64,000 nucleotides of DNA from Dehalococcoidales bacterium (lineage in GTDB: Bacteria; Chloroflexota; Dehalococcoidia; Dehalococcoidales; UBA2162), in assembly GCA_034416335.1 (NCBI GenBank), contig DAOULV010000019.1, forward strand, positions 7,765 through 71,764, given 5' to 3'. How positions within the stretch are numbered: position 1 is the stretch's first letter; each line of letters begins with the position of its first letter. Under the pieces are notes generated by a model. The model was not told the DNA's origin. It was given only the letters and a program-made list of their open reading frames with translations, and ran no database searches. Positions 62,928 to 64,000 of the stretch are shown piece after piece. Both the position numbers and the translations under genes were made by a program.

Positions 62928-63380
62928 TCAGGAACTCAGCAGCTCCGTCACAATTTCGTTAATCTCTTTACCGTCCGCCTGACCTTTCAGACTGGCAATA
63001 ATCTTCGGCATCACCTTGCCTTTATCACCCGGACCTTGAGCACCGGCTTCTTCTATCGCTTTTTTAGCTTCGGCGATTATTTCTTCACGGGTCAACTGCT
63101 TGGGGAGATACTCCTCAAGAATTACCAGCTCGGCCTGTTCTTTTTCCATCAGGTCGGCACGGTTGCCGTCTTTATAGGCCTGGATACTCTCCTGGTGCTG
63201 TTTTACTTCCTTGGATAAAATACCGAGTACATCTCCGTCGGATAACTCTCCACGTCTGGCAATCTCGGCATTTTTTACGGATGCAAGGACCATCCGCAGC
63301 ACACTGCGTCTCAGCGTATCCTTATCCTTCATCGCCTGTCTGAATTCCTCGTTCAGCTTCTCTTTCAACTCACTAGCCAA
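62928..63380 (-). CDS. GatB/YqeY domain-containing protein
   Basis: 150 aa. It has the N-terminal LKEKLNEEFRQAMKDKD..R..LRMVLASVKN and C-terminal GKVMP.I...KGQADGK. Confidence 0.85.
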   Translation of the reverse strand: MASELKEKLNEEFRQAMKDKDTLRRSVLRMVLASVKNAEIARRGELSDGDVLGILSKEVKQHQESIQAYKDGNRADLMEKEQAELVILEEYLPKQLTREEIIAEAKKAIEEAGAQGPGDKGKVMPKIIASLKGQADGKEINEIVTELLSS

Positions 63381-63404
63381 TTTTCTCTTCCACCTTATTT
63401 ATTT

Positions 63405-63602
63405 TTACCTGGATCTGCCTGCTGATGCCTTGGCAGATTTACGCTTCTTCGCTGCTTCTTTCCGTTTACGCTTTACGCTGGGTTTCTCGAAGTATTCACC
63501 GTGGCGGATTTCGGATAGAATACCTGCCTGCTGCACTCTCTTGTTGAACCGCTTTAACAGGCTTTCGAAGTTTTCGTTATCACCTGCGGTAACACCGGTC
63601 AC
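63405..63602 (-). CDS. rpsU: 30S ribosomal protein S21
   Basis: 65 aa starting at GTG with an AAGGAG RBS. It has [35 protein letters not shown]. Confidence 0.9.
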   Translation of the reverse strand: MTGVTAGDNENFESLLKRFNKRVQQAGILSEIRHGEYFEKPSVKRKRKEAAKKRKSAKASAGRSR

Positions 63603-63670
63603 CTGACATCAACTCCTTTAACCACCCTTTTTATCTCTTGTCAGCTCCGGGTGGTAAAATAATCACAAAT

Positions 63671-63699
63671 ATTGTAGTCAGCCCATAATACTCTGTCAA
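63671..63699 (-). promoter_or_regulatory. Promoter TTGACA-17-TACAAT for rpsU
   Basis: On the minus strand, -35 is at 63699..63694 and -10 at 63676..63671. Confidence 0.55.
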
Positions 63700-63762
63700 G
63701 AACACTTTTAAAAGGTACTATTCGGTATTGGTAGGATTACCGATAAGCAATCTATTACATTG

Positions 63763-63793
63763 ATCATTGCAAGGATGAAGCCTGTGGCAATCC
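63763..63793 (+). repeat. Degenerate R1 half-unit
   Basis: ATCATTGCAAGG..GTGGCAATCC. Confidence 0.45.
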
Positions 63794-63804
63794 TTTCCCC
63801 CTTC

Positions 63805-63914
63805 GTCATTGCGAGGAGTCCGCCTCAGGCGGACGACGTGGCAATCTCTAACATTTATATAGATTACGAGCCTCGGCGTCAATAGCCGAGGCTCGTAATG
63901 ACAATTAGACCAAC
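63805..63914 (+). repeat. Full R1-type element with the conserved flank at its right end (reverse orientation)
   Basis: GTCATTGCGAG-GA-GTCCGCCTCAGGCGGAC-GACGTGGCAATCTC..hairpin CCTCGGC..GCCGAGG-CTCGTAATGAC, then AATTAGACCAACC, which is the reverse complement of GGTTGGTCTAATT. Confidence 0.75.
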
Positions 63915-64000
63915 CAAAAGCAAACGAATCCGTTCGAAAGGTTACACTTACACTCAAACGTCAAGATTTATCAACCTCCTTTCCTACCTTTTCCAGCTAA

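Noticed and set aside
9363-63914. Possibility that the recurrent GTCATTGCGAG repeats form a CRISPR array.
   Set aside because: The copies are kilobases apart, individually palindromic and in mixed orientation. They have no regularly spaced unique spacers, and no cas genes are present.

Overview
This is a 64-kb bacterial chromosomal segment of roughly 50% GC by eye. No taxon can be assigned from sequence alone; lepB, lspA and lgt show it is bacterial, and the gene content resembles uncultured anaerobes. I support about 60 protein genes and one tRNA-Leu(TAG). I found no rRNA and no CRISPR array.

Backbone content:
- Envelope biogenesis: lepB fragment, lspA, lgt.
- A MarR-controlled heterodimeric ABC exporter.
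- 2-hydroxyacid, glycerate and TPP enzymes.
- A sirtuin, a Fur-family unit, pyrD and cysE.
- An extended sigma factor in an operon with an XRE regulator and a membrane protein.
- An SdpR/SdpI-like pair.
- A metal block: CopB ATPase translationally coupled to a lipoprotein cytochrome c, an OmpR/HK pair, and a secreted His/Met/Gly-rich protein.
- An operon of a KamA-type aminomutase, a Ddl-like ATP-grasp ligase and two family III CoA-transferases.
- acpS, a NYN protein, rarA and a multi-cluster Fe-S flavoprotein.
- A fused AmmeMemoRadiSam system and rpsU-yqeY.

Three low-GC insertions stand out:
1. 37.2-41.3 kb, next to tRNA-Leu. It holds a DUF2130-like coiled-coil PD-(D/E)xK nuclease operon with small membrane proteins, interrupted by an IS1595-type transposase. 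This is my top candidate for an undescribed conflict or defence system.
2. 55.6-59.4 kb. It holds a methyltransferase cassette bracketed by a duplicated gene end, a RelE/RHH toxin-antitoxin pair, and a 582-aa orphan with a possible C-terminal Rx4H motif.
3. Mosaic low-GC segments inside a methyltransferase-Mrr nuclease fusion gene.

Intergenic DNA is saturated with several families of palindromic hairpin repeats that show compensatory changes. A promoter-to-terminator unit of about 250 nt at 47.4-47.7 kb looks like a structured sRNA carrying two SD-preceded mini-ORFs.

All functional calls come from my reading of motifs in the supplied translations. No database search was run.
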